From Monocercomonoides exilis PA203 (lineage: Eukaryota; Protista; Preaxostyla), in assembly GCA_001643675.2 (NCBI GenBank), contig LSRY02000060.1, positions 310,001-374,000 of the forward strand: a stretch of DNA of 64,000 nt, in the 5' to 3' direction. The notes beneath the pieces are model-generated. The model made no database searches. It was not told the origin of the DNA and saw only the letters and a list, made by a program, of their open reading frames with translations. Made by a program: the position numbers and the translations under genes. This document shows, one piece after another, positions 13,316-25,400 of the stretch. Numbering within the stretch: position 1 is the first letter of the stretch; every line of letters begins with the position of its first letter.

Positions 13316-14548
13316 TCACATCCATCTTCTTCCATCCTTTCGAATGATCGTCATTTCAATCTCTTTCTTTTCGCTTCTTCCATTTCTTCTTTCTCCTCTT
13401 CTTTCAATCTCGTTGTAATAATTTGAAAGAATTCCAAGCTTTCTCATGTGATCCTGCAATTCAATGTTTGCCTCTGAATTTCCTCCTAAACAGCATAAAC
13501 AACTCCTTCTTTCTGAAAAGCACCAATTTTTACAGTCCTGTTTTATGCTTCTCCTTTTAAATATTCGAGGCATCCGCCGAGAAAGTCTGGACAATTTTTC
13601 TTTGATGCTCGATGCACCTGAACAATGCTGTTGATAAGTTCAACGTATTCTTTATTCCAAAATGTGCATGAGTAAAAAAAATCGAAAATTGTTGTTAACC
13701 ATCTCCTTAATATAAACTCTTCTTTCTCTTCTGTTACTCTTTTTTCTTCTTTTCCTCTCCCCCAATCAATACATCTCATCAACTCTTCCAATTCCCTTCT
13801 TGCCTCTCTCCAAAAGTGCAGCTCATTTTCAATCTCTCTCTCCTTGTTTTTGTTATTGCCCAATCTGTGGATCAAAAACGACTAAGCACATTGATAGGCG
13901 AGTAGTGAAAAATTGTGATGCTTCTGATGATATTTAATGATTTCTTTGATTTTTTTCTAAAAATGGTCTTTTTTCATTTCCTTAAAAAAAGTAAATTATA
14001 TCAATTAAATGAAGAAACGACAATTCAAAATTTATCAATAAACAAATCAAACCGAACACATATTAGAATTGCTCAGAGCCAGCAAAGCCATTTCCACCTC
14101 ATTTAATGTTTTCTCGTTTTCCTCTTTCCTCGATACAGCGTTCTGGTGCCATGGCATACAAATCGATTGTATTTCTGAAGAAGTCATAACTTATAAAAAA
14201 ACAGCATCTACAAAGATTAATCAGCAGTTTTTCGTTCTTTCCTTCTTTCTTATAGTTTTCGTCAATTATCATCCTTTCAAATCTTTTCCTCATATAAATT
14301 TCTGAAAGGCTTGAGTGATTATTCTTTTCAGCTTATTGCAATATCTCAATTGCTCCAACAATAGAAAGATATTCACAATCGATATTATCATTTTTTCGTT
14401 CATCTTTCATATTTTTTCGATGGTTCAGCAGTGAAAATAGAGTAAATATTGAAGATATTCATATCCTTCATTACTTCATTCATTTCTTCGATTTTTTGTT
14501 TCTTCCCTTCCTCAATGCAATCACAAGTTTACAAAATAATTCTGACAT
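13316..14548 (-). pseudogene. Expanded host helical-repeat-like family gene, captured inside the hAT
   Basis: Family motifs 'FERMIIDE..KK..KNEKLL..LC.C', 'ELHFWREARRELEEL.RCIDW' and 'ELINSIVQV.RA'. Intron 13981-14052 (GTTTG...AAG). Frameshifts present; paralog at 49640-50430. Confidence 0.75.
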
Positions 14549-14938
14549 TCAAAAAAAAATAAACAAATGCAATTATCATGACTTTTATGCTAAATTAAAA
14601 TTTCGCACCCATGTATTTTTCTGTGTTGTTCAATTTATATCTTTAAGAAGGGAAATAAAATTAAGCATGCATTGCCATTTTGATTTAAAAAGAGAATTTG
14701 CATATTCTTTCACTAAATAAATCGTGCCATATTATTAACACAAAAAGCGCAAAAGCCATACCTGTGCCTACACAATTCTTTCGTACACATGCATTTTTTC
14801 ACAACTATTAATGCAAAACATAGTTTCATTTTTTGTAAATTTACGTTGTAATGGGATTTTTGTGAAATCCAAAATTCTTTTGAAGACGTAGTTTAACATG
14901 CCATAATTAACAAAATATTTTTTCTCAAAAAGAAAAAT

Positions 14939-14939
<1 letters not shown>

Positions 14940-14988
<49 letters not shown>
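14940..14988. repeat. poly(T) tract, ~49 nt
   Basis: Directly visible, near the right end of the hAT. Confidence 0.9.
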
Positions 14989-14989
<1 letters not shown>

Positions 14990-15268
14990 GAAAACTGGTG
15001 ACGGACGTGACGATATTTTTTCTTCACGTCACCCAGGCTTATATTTTTGTCTAAATGTTTTTGTCTATATTTTCATCTCGCCCTTTTTCCCACGTCATTT
15101 TGGGAGGGCGAAGTTTTCACTTAAACCGCCCATAAATCGTGAACAATACTCATTATTTCGGAGCAAATCCTGTCTCACTGCGTTCTATCAAATAATGCAT
15201 GTTTGTTTTTGCAATCAATTTTATAAACATTTAAGATATATGTTTTTTCAAATATTTTTCGTAACTTA

Positions 15269-15382
15269 AATGAACTCAGTCTATCTTAAATGAACTCAGT
15301 TTATTCAAATAAACCCGATCTATTCGAATAAACAAGAGTTCATTTGAATAAGCCTGGTTTATTTGAATAAAAAAAATCTATT
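15269..15382. repeat. Tandem array of ~6 quasi-palindromic 19-20-bp units (AATRAAC-n3-GTTYATT)
   Basis: Units such as AATGAACTCAGTTTATT, AATAAACAAGAGTTCATT and AATAAGCCTGGTTTATT; related units at ~3640-3690. Confidence 0.7.
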
Positions 15383-18300
15383 CAAAATTTATCTAATGAC
15401 AATGTTTTTGTCCTCTCTGAAACAACCCAATTTCTCCTTCCTCCTAAAATTATCCATTTACATCGATGAATATCTCAGAAATACATTAATAAAACAAAAT
15501 AGCAGCAAACCATCAAGACATACTTGAAATCAGCCTTCAAAGTCACCTCGCGATGCAGCCAAATGTCTCCTCCTCCGAATCTCCACAAATCCACCATTTC
15601 CATTTGCTTCTTCAAAATCCAACAATTTTTGAGGTGAATTTGTCAATAATCAATTTCTGGAGTCTTCCCTCCAAAAAACACTTCAATTTTCCGAGTTTTC
15701 TGCAAAGAAAGTGAGGCGCATGCTTTCCTTTCAATTCTGTCCCTTTCGGCACAAAACAAAAACCATTTTTCAAAAATTCTGCCCACATCCAACACCTGCA
15801 CAACGCCTTTATCCTGCACAGTCTGCAAAAGGAAATTGCTTCGATTCTGATCATTCCACTCAAAAAAAGCAGATGATTCTTGAATTATCTTCATTCGTTT
15901 CCTTTTTGATATCCAATGAAGAGGTTCAAATACTTTCCATTGCTCCATGCGCTTCTTCATTTCAAAGCCTCGGATCAATCAGCTCCTGTTTGCTAATCAA
16001 CCAGAAGTTAAAAATAAATATATAAATTAAAAAATTAAATAGTTGAAGATGAAGAAAAAGAAAGAAAAAAAGAAAGAAAAAAAAAAAAGGATGAAAGAAG
16101 ATTTTTTTCGAGCAGTTTTATTCGCAAATATGTACATATCAGAAGCAAGAACGCAAGGCATAGGAAACTGCAATTAAAGAAACTGGCCAAATGAAAACAT
16201 AAAGCGGTGCTCGAAAATGTAAAAAAAATAATCAGACGCTTGTGTTTTTCGAACAAAAATAAAAAAAATAAAAAACAAATTAAAGGCAAAAAAATAAAAC
16301 ATGATTCTGCAGAACATGAAAATAAATCAGTTCATTCGAATGCCTCAACGGCTTCATCGAAAGTATTTCTTGTCTTCAAGCAACTCGCACCATTTGATAT
16401 TTGAACGGTTTGCCTCCCGCCATCCTGGCAGTTCTGCTCCAGCAAATCTTCCCTGCTTTGCAGCCTTTGTCCGTCAATCCATCTGCATCCTTCGGCATGA
16501 AATCATCTATCACACGCTCCGAGCAGCTGCGCTTCAATCCAACGGATCCTGTGCGAGGGGCCATTGCCCTTCCGTTTTTGGCGCCAATTCAGGTGTCACA
16601 TCCCTCCCTTTTGCATGTTCAACCCAATTCACAGCTGCTGCTCCTTTGCCCCTCTGCCCCTCTGCCCCTCTGCCCGCTTCCATTCTGCTTCCCCTCACGC
16701 TTGAGCATTTTTAAATGTTATGTCGGTTGTTTGCTGCCAACATCAACTTTTTTTTCCTTTCTTTCTATTTTTGCAAATAATTAATCAGATCAAATCTGGC
16801 TAAAAATTTTGATATGGGCGCTTATTTTGATCCTGAAATAAACTGCTCAGATAACATGCATGTTTGCCTCCCAATTGCTGATTTCTCGTGTGGGCAGATG
16901 AGCACCGAAAATGGAAGCGAAAAATCAAATGACATCGAAAACAATTGCAAAACACTTTGGAACAATGGAAGACTCTGATCAACAATTTGACAGACATAGC
17001 AAGGCGCCCCATTTGAATTTCTCTGAACTTGGAAGCAGACATTGTTTTGATTGGCCAATGAACGTTCGTCTCTTGGCTTTTGAAGATGATTACAGCACTT
17101 GTGCAAGCTTGCATGAGCAACGAGAATACAAGTGAGCGATTTGTATGAACACTTCTGATAACTGTTTGCTCCATTTCAATGAAAATTCCTTGAATGAACA
17201 AACAAATTTTGTTTTTGGACTGTCTTTCCTTCAATTAAAAATAGAAAACCAGAAAAATTAAAGAAAGATGCTTTGCCTTTGTTGCAGGGAACAACAATTC
17301 AGCCCCGAATTCTGTTTTTGCAAAAAGGCAATGGTGAAAACAAGGTCTGACTCGAGAAATTCTCCAAAATCCTCTGAATTCATCTCTTCAGCACGCATAA
17401 TCCATTCGCAACAACATCTGCATGCCAGTTCAGACTTGTTTTTGTGTTCTCCACCCTTCCTTCTCTCGCTCATCATCCTCTTTTGCCGTCAAGTTCCGCG
17501 CCCACAGATGCCTCTCTTCTGCTTCAACCTCTATCAATTCCATCGAAATTTCTCATGCTTCCCTCTTCATGCTCCGAATTGCTGCGCTCTAGAGGACACT
17601 CTTTCCGAGCTCTGGTGCTGACGAAGAAGGCGATAAAGCGATGGACAAATCAGGCTAAGAAATCAATGGCTTTCAAACGATCATATTTTCTTTGATTTCT
17701 GTCATTGCGTTTTTTTGTCACATTGTTGCTTGTTTCGGGCTGTGAAAGAGGCATCAAGCGTATTAACGATTCCATCGCATGCGCCTCCCTCGGCATCTCA
17801 TCTAATCGCTGCTTCTTCCAGTGACACTGGAAGTACACTCGGCGATGGGCTTCTTGTTGCTCCTCGATCGCTCTCCAGGTGCAGCGCATCAATCGGCCAG
17901 CACGACACGCCGAATAGTGTTACTGAAGACGAAGAAAGCGAGTTCGTCTCAATCATGCTCATCGTCCTTCCTCTCTCCACAACTTTCATCTTCTTCTCTC
18001 CCAGCACTAGCTGTTTTCTTCTTCGCCTCCGCGCCTCCTGCCGAGTATTGTAGTTATCGACGCCACCTGTTTCATGCTCGCCACTACCACTGCCACGCCC
18101 AGGCATGACCCTGACTCGCTCTTCAAACGAATCTCCTTCGTGGCATTCCCGTAATCCTCTGCTCATGCCGATCTCTCTTCTCCTTTATGCGCTATCTGCC
18201 CCTTCTTTTTGTATTTCCTGAAGAACTCTATTCCAATGAAAGCTTCGCTCCCATTTCATCGGAATCTGAGATGTGCTCCTTCTGGAACAAATCACTTTAT

Positions 18301-19508
18301 TCAAAATGTTTGTACCTTTCATTCAGGTGCACACAACGATCGAAGGGATGGTTGGCCAACCATCGTCACTCGCAAAAGAAAATAGAATGTACACCAAGTC
18401 TGTCGCAGAGAGATGTTTGCTTATCTGGCTCCATATTCAATCCTCCTTGCCTTGCAGATGCTGAGCAATGAAAAAGGAGAAAGTGAATAGCCACAGCTGT
18501 GAATGCTGCTGGAACACTTTGGCAAATCATCTTTCTGGCGCCAGAATTTGTCATTGGACACAAAATGGGATTGCAGTTGAGCTGTCACTGATTATTGCCT
18601 TCTTTCTTTTCTGCTCCCACATGTCCTGATCGTGACGCTTCAAAATCATTCAGAGATGAAGATCCTCCAGCATTTCTTGCCTCATAATCATTGGGTTCGC
18701 ATCACCTTATCTTCGCGCACAATGGAGTTATCTTGTCGGAATATCCCCTCCTTTATGTGTTCATTTCCCATTACAATTCGCCAACTGAAGACGATAAATC
18801 AACTGATAGATGTCACAACAAACAGAAAATGACTTCTTTGCCAGTGCACCAACGATTGAAATTGCAATTTGAAATCAATAGAGAGAATGATGACAAACCA
18901 GAAATGATTATTGCTCTTCCATTCAAGGCTCATTCTGTTAAAACATCATTTTCTTTTCATCTTTGGATTATATTTTTCTTTTGCTATTTATTTTTAAATA
19001 CAAATTTCCACATCCTTTGTATTTCTTCAATACATTATAAAAGTGCATTTGTATCCATTATCTCCGTTGATGCTGCTCGTTTTTAATATTCACATAAACG
19101 TTATTCGCTAAATATTCACATGTCTGCATAAAGGAAGGATATCTCCTTTTTTTGTGTTAAAAGAGCAATGAATAACAGTTTTTTCTGTCTGATTGACAAT
19201 AATTAAATGGACTTGATTTGTGGAACAGTCTTCTCAAGCTGATGATGGAGCTCAAAGAGTGCCGAAACATGTTCCATACTCGATCTTGCTCCAATTTCTG
19301 TGTTTCAACGAGCTTTCAAAAATGATACTTCTTCTCTCATTGAAATCAATGCGGGTGTTATGAACATGGCAAAATGCATATTATTTTACTGTTATTTTTG
19401 TTGTTTGAGACACAAATTTTGTTATGGGTTCAGATTATTTCTTAACGCCCTTTAATTGAAAATTTTTTTGATACTAAAATGGGTGTGTTTATTTTGTTTC
19501 ACATTTGA

Positions 19509-21863
19509 ATGATGTCTTTCATTGATCAAGTGGTGGGTGAAAAGGGTGAAGGAGGAAAGGTGAAGTTTTCTGATGAAGAGTTGTATTTTATTTTGAATGC
19601 TTTTCACGATGCGTGCGCATACTGTGGATCAGGCAAAAACATGGTGATCGTTCTTGGAAGATGTCATATTGGTAAAAGCACTTTAATCAACAAATTAAGA
19701 GGAATGGAAATGGGAGAGGATAGTTATGGTGACCTGGTTGTGAAATCTGATTTGAAAAAAATAACAAAAATTGGAAGTGGAATAATTGCAAAATCTATTT
19801 GGCCAGAAGCGTATGATTTCGATGAAGAAATCACTTTGTTAGATACCGAAGGATTTCTCGGAGCAGAATTGGAAGTCAAGGAAGAAGTTGTTTATTCACT
19901 GATATTACAGTTTTTCGTGAAACGCGCATCAAAAGTTATGGTTGCGTATCTTTCTCAATATGAAAATTACTATAATTTGACAAATGCATGTGATGATATG
20001 GTGTTCATAAACCAGATATGCAAAAACAAGGAGTTTCCCATTTTGTTCGTTGCCAACAAATGCAGTGATTTTTGGGTGCATAAAATGAAAATTCAACAGA
20101 AGGATTCATTAGAAATTACAGAAAAGGTTCAAGGAAGTTTGATTGGAAAATTTAATGAACTTGAAGTTGCAACTGTTGAGAAAGTCAAAAAGAAGTTTCC
20201 TGAAGTCAAAGCAGCACAATCCCTCGAACAAATTATTGGAATTCTTCTGCAAAAAGCGAAAGGAGCAACAGATGTGCAAGGAGAGGAAATCAGGAGAAGC
20301 TTGAATCAACTTCAGACACTTCTTGTGTGGAAGAAGGCCCACGCTAATGGCAGACTAATCTACTATGATCCAACACTCGATGGATCTGAGGAACCGATAA
20401 AGAAAATGATCAAAAATTTGGATAATTACAAAAGCCCTTATGATGTCAATCTTGATCGATACACACCATCTTATTATTGGTTTATGGATTCCGCCTCATC
20501 AATGGCAAAAAAATTGAATTGGCTTGTTCTGGCGATGAGAGGGAGGAAACAGATCCCGAACATTCTTCAAAAGACAATTAATGCATGCCTTGAACTGGCG
20601 AAAAGAATCAAAGATTCATATTCAAAGGTGCATGTCAATGTGAAGGAATTGGAGGATATGCTGAGAAGCATCACATTTGAATTTGAAGAATCAATCGTTG
20701 AACGAATGAAAAATGAAAATGAAACAATTGAACGATGCAACACAGATATTATTGAATATATGAGGAAGATCAATGAACTGGATCAGTCAGAATTGGTGAT
20801 TTTAGACTCAATAGAGTTCTTTGAAGATGATAATTATGCTTCGAATGAGGTTTTCATTGAGAGACCAATCAATGTTCCAAATGCAACCTGCTTGTTTATT
20901 CCAGGAAATGAATACACATTCAACGATGAGGAAGAGCAGAAACTTTGTATTGAAGATGGAATATTGAGAGGTGCTTTCAAAGCACCAAAAGCGTTGAGGC
21001 GCATTGGAAACATTATTGGTGCTGTGATGGGATTGGGTATTCCAACATCATTTTCCAATGAATCGAGTGTCTGTGAAGGAAAAATTGAGATTCGTGCTCC
21101 AATGCGTGACATTCCTTCTAATTATCAGAAGATTCAAGAATATCAGATCAAAGTGAAAGAATGCGAAAACAAAATAAAGGAATGTGAAAGAAACATTGAT
21201 ACGTTCAAAAGAGAATTGGATATGATTCAAAAACGAAACGAAAAAACAGAAGGGGAGAAGAAAGAGAAAGAAAAGGAGAAAAGTGATTTGGAGGAACATA
21301 TAAAGATAATGAAAAATGAGGAAGAGAAATGGATCAGCAGGAGTACAAGATTACAAAACTGTTTAGCTTTTTGCATTGAATGCGACGAACAACACGAGAG
21401 ACATAAAGAATTTTTGACAAGAATGTATCAATTTGCAAAATGCTCAATATCGATAGTGCATGCAGTAAAAGCGAAAAGAGAGAATCTTGAATCGTTATCT
21501 CCATCATCATCTGTGACAACATATTCTTCAGCCACTCCATCATTTCTCAACGCATCTGCCAGTAGAATTGCTGGAATAACATCTTCTTTGATGAAAGGAG
21601 AGGCCAAAGGAGAAGGAAATCAACAGGATTACTTACCTTTGCCTCAGCGTGACGAGAACAAGATGACGCTTGCAAGATTTGCTGTAGCGATGGAGGAAAT
21701 GGAGGCAGTTCCTCAACAACAGACGAACTTTGAACTGAAACGAGATGATGAATACGATCCAGAGCTTGTTTCCAAAGCTGTTAATGAAATTGATATGATT
21801 TGGAAAGACGTGTTTGAATGCAAAGGATTTTTGGAAAAGTTCAAAGAATGCGAAAAAATATAA
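19509..21863 (+). CDS. 784-aa large P-loop GTPase with long helical/coiled-coil C-terminus (TRAFAC class; GBP/dynamin-like or AIG1/MMR_HSR1-like)
   Basis: Intact intronless ORF: G1 'VLGRCHIGKST', G3 'LLDTEG', G4 'VANKC'. Coiled coils flank a short hydrophobic segment 'IGNIIGAVMGLGIP'. Confidence 0.85.
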   Translation: MMSFIDQVVGEKGEGGKVKFSDEELYFILNAFHDACAYCGSGKNMVIVLGRCHIGKSTLINKLRGMEMGEDSYGDLVVKSDLKKITKIGSGIIAKSIWPEAYDFDEEITLLDTEGFLGAELEVKEEVVYSLILQFFVKRASKVMVAYLSQYENYYNLTNACDDMVFINQICKNKEFPILFVANKCSDFWVHKMKIQQKDSLEITEKVQGSLIGKFNELEVATVEKVKKKFPEVKAAQSLEQIIGILLQKAKGATDVQGEEIRRSLNQLQTLLVWKKAHANGRLIYYDPTLDGSEEPIKKMIKNLDNYKSPYDVNLDRYTPSYYWFMDSASSMAKKLNWLVLAMRGRKQIPNILQKTINACLELAKRIKDSYSKVHVNVKELEDMLRSITFEFEESIVERMKNENETIERCNTDIIEYMRKINELDQSELVILDSIEFFEDDNYASNEVFIERPINVPNATCLFIPGNEYTFNDEEEQKLCIEDGILRGAFKAPKALRRIGNIIGAVMGLGIPTSFSNESSVCEGKIEIRAPMRDIPSNYQKIQEYQIKVKECENKIKECERNIDTFKRELDMIQKRNEKTEGEKKEKEKEKSDLEEHIKIMKNEEEKWISRSTRLQNCLAFCIECDEQHERHKEFLTRMYQFAKCSISIVHAVKAKRENLESLSPSSSVTTYSSATPSFLNASASRIAGITSSLMKGEAKGEGNQQDYLPLPQRDENKMTLARFAVAMEEMEAVPQQQTNFELKRDDEYDPELVSKAVNEIDMIWKDVFECKGFLEKFKECEKI

Positions 21864-22449
21864 AAGGAATAGCCATTTTCTATATAACACAATGATTTTC
21901 ATTCTTCTTTTTATTTCTCTTTAAACAAAAAAAAAAAAAAACTAGTGTGATTTTTTTTGATCAAGTTTTACAAATAATATCCAAAAACTTATTAAATTAA
22001 TCAAACAAACTAATCAAAAAGTGAAAAAAAAAGATACTTAAGCTGTTAAACAAAGCTTATAAAAGGGAAAAAATTTTTTAAAGAACTTCAAAAAATGCAA
22101 CAAATTTCTTAAAATTAAATAATTATGCGTAAGATGAAATGAATGTTTAATTTCTTTGTCTTAAAGGCAAAAATCAAGTTTTCCATGCAGCTATGCAGCT
22201 TCACTGATTCAGAAACTGAGATTGTGTTGTACAGGAAACTACAATCAATGGGAACAACTGGTTCAATTTTGTCATTTCTCTTTTTATTCTTTATGTCAAA
22301 TGCAGTTAAAGTTTGCTTCTCAATCCACCATATCTCTTTCTTTTATTTCTACTCAACATTTCTAAATTCTCTTTTCGAAAATGCTGCTAATGTTATCTTC
22401 ATCCACATCCAACGCTTTCCCATCGTTTTTCTCGCAACAAAACACAAAA

Positions 22450-25400
22450 CTTCAAAAATTCCTGCAAACCTCCTCTTGAAACGCATTTTCCTTTTCACAA
22501 AGTTCTGCCAGTTCTTTGTGATCTAGGTGGTGAGCGAAGGAGGAAGAAGAGGAAGAGATAGAAGAATAAGTGTCTTGTGTTAACGAATCCCTTGTCGTTT
22601 TTGAAAAGGAGCCCTTGTTCGCCTTCATGCAAAACAGCACCTAAAAAATCAACTCGGTTGTTGGACATGGCAGAACAAATGTATCCTTGTAGTATTTCGA
22701 TAAGTTTATATTTCTCAGCTGATATTTCTCAAACATGTGGAGGATGAGGATTGGGTACTTAACATTAAGGTAATGTGTTGTGTGATGGAGCATCTGAAGA
22801 GGGAGAAGAATTCAGAGAATAGATTATTATGCGCACCAATGAGTCGACGAATTTTCTCTCGTGAAAGACAAAACTCATTGTGCGGAATAAATTCTACTCA
22901 AAAAGAAGGCACTTCTTTCTCTGGAAATTGCATGAGAGATGAAATGGTGATGAATGGAAGCAAAATTGAAGTGGAAATTCAATCGAAAACCGGAAAGGAG
23001 GAGCATTAAAAACAACGATAAAAGAAGGAGAAGGGATTTTTCTGGATTGAAGTTTTGATGCAGAAGAAATTCAGCTCTCTTTGATATTGTTTTCTGGATG
23101 CTCAGCAACAGTTGGGAAGAACATGTTTGTGACGAGCGAAAATACTGAGAATGTTGTGAATGCGGAGCGTTTTGCATTTGATTTGACAGAGAAAAGCTAT
23201 TTCTAGTTCAAATAAGACAAAACGATGATCTTTTCAACGGCTGAAGAAGAAAAATCCATTGATAAAACAAACTCATTTGCTCTTCCACATCCGTTCCGCT
23301 GTTCTTCAGAGCTTTCTTTTTTTTCTTCCTCTTTTCCTCATAATCATTATCAGGCTACGTTGCGTCTTTTGACAAGCGCTAATTCAGTTTCTGCTCTCAG
23401 CTGAGATTCCTTACCATTTTCCATATCTTCTCGAAGATTCATGAACTTATTGTTTTTTCGACTTTCCTATATCTTCTGTATTTTTCTCTTCTACAAACAC
23501 TGCCATCATATCACAAAAGCAACTAAATAATCTCCCATCAAAAGCTCGGATCTTTTCCACTTTTCTGTATCTCCACAACCTTATCCATGCTTGCTTCCAT
23601 TAACACCCCTGTTGACTCTCTTCCTTTTCTTCCTTTTTTGCTTCCCTTTCATTTGATTCTCTCGTCGTCACTCTCATCTCTCCCTATGGCAACTACATCT
23701 TTCACTAAACAAGCTACTCATTTTTATGCACAAAACTGTTTTCCTTCCGATTTTCTTCAAATCTTCCCCATTTTCTATCTCTTTTGCTTTCGGCAGCATC
23801 AGCAGCAATTAAACAATGGCATGCACAGCTCTTCCCTCCCTTGAAAGTGAGACTCATTCTGAACACTTTATCTTTTCCCTTCTGATCCCACTGCTCTCTC
23901 TCATACTCTCTCTCAGAGTCGTTTGGAAGCGCTTCATCGAAGCTTTCTGAGAAATCTATAAGTTCTTTTTAATTTGTTGTTTTGTGAGCGCTGTATATGA
24001 GCAAGAGTTTAGATTGTGGAATAAGTTGCGGCTTGGGAGAAGAAGAAGAGGAAGGGAATGAAGGAGAAGGAGCAAATGGTTGAGGAATTGATTATTCCCT
24101 CTTTCAAATACGTTTCTGAAAGAAGAAAATTATTCTTGTTGTTGAGGAGCGCGCTCAGTGACTCAGATATGGCAGTTCTTCTCTTCTCATTGGACAATAT
24201 TCCGCTGTGGCTGTTTTGCGCTGCCTTCTGCTGAAGTGGAGAAGCTGCGTGCGTTCTTCCGGCAGTAGGTGAAACATAAAATGGTGGGATCGGTTTGGCA
24301 TAAAATTAGTTCTGAGATAATCGATGGAGTCAGTTGCGAAGGTGAGTACAGGAAAGAACGCAGTCGAGACAAAGTGGTCGAATGTCCTTGTGTGCAAGGA
24401 GAAGACGGACATGAACACCAATCTTCTTCTTCTTCTTTTTCATCTCTTTCGTAACACTCTTCTTTTCTTCATCCTCTTCATCATCATCCTCCTCAATATC
24501 TTCTCCTGTTCTTCTTTATCTCAACAGCTGCATTCAGATTAAGCAAAGCACCAGCAGCTCCCATTTTCGCTATGTCAGTTGCCGTTGGAGACGCCAGGAC
24601 GCCAACAAGATTCGACCCAACACCCCAGCTCAGTAAACGACGCAGCAGCTCCTATTTCGTTACTGTTGGTTCCTTGTTCGCTTCATTATCCTTCTCGTTT
24701 CTCTTCTCCTTCTCCTTCTTCATCCAGCCCTCTTCCTTCAGTAAGCGCCTCGATGATTTCCGACGAGTTGTTCCGCACAATCGCCTGTGGCGAGTACATC
24801 AGCTCGGCCAGCTCGTTAAACAGCGCTTTGTCGAGAGAGCTGGCAAACAGCTTGAACGACTTGCTGGTAAGCGAGAGAAGGATGGAAGAAGCCTTGTCGA
24901 TGTATTCAGCGCAACGCGAGTACAGCAAGCGGAGGATGAGCTGGAGAATCCGGTGGCGCAGGAACACTGAGTGGAACTTGGCACCGTTGGTGATGAACTT
25001 GTTGGTCACACAAAGAGAAGAAGAGACAAGAGGATACAAGCGAAAACTGGATGTGAATATAATTGTGTGTTTGTGAATAATTAAATGTATAAGCGAAAAA
25101 GTGGGTAAAAAGAAGAAAGAAAGAAAAACTTGTGAACAAAATCTCAATAAATATTTTCTGACAAACCCTATGAAACTGATCAATTGCTTTGCAACATCGT
25201 CATTCAGCAAATAACCTTTATTCACTTAGCAAGACAATTGAAAAATCACTGCTATTAGTCCACCATCATAACTATTCATCATTTGAGGGTGAACAAAAAA
25301 TTTAAATAAAGATAAATAGTTGAAAAGCAAAATACAGATAAAAAAAAATAATTGAAACCATTAATCAAATATTTTTTATTTTACAGAAAAATTCAAAATT

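Larger units (their letters stand above)
11887..15041. mobile_element. Non-autonomous 'Pack'-hAT element (3155 bp) with 8-bp TSD
   Basis: TIRs TAACCCTGGGTGACGTG (11887-11903) and CACGTCACCCAGGCTTA (15025-15041), 1 mismatch. Identical flanking 8-mer TATTTTTG at 11879-11886 and 15042-15049. Confidence 0.92.
7526..15191 (+). mobile_element. DIRS-1-type retrotransposon A, decayed; ~4.5 kb once the nested hAT is removed
   Basis: lITR 7526-~7626; rITR ~15106-15191; ICR ~11273-11367, whose halves are complementary to the left and right ends. CAA core at both termini. Decayed RNaseH end ('DALS..DYAL', ~9418-9460) and YR motifs ('FCNV/PAELERL' ~10193-10230; 'LSIRH' ~10510-10525). Confidence 0.85.

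Noticed and set aside
14940-14988. poly(A) tail indicating the captured gene is a retrocopy
   Set aside because: The tract lies upstream of the minus-strand gene, and the gene retains its intron.
16300-19400. GC-richer region with many short ORFs
   Set aside because: Probably a decayed gene, but no strand, frame or domain could be supported.
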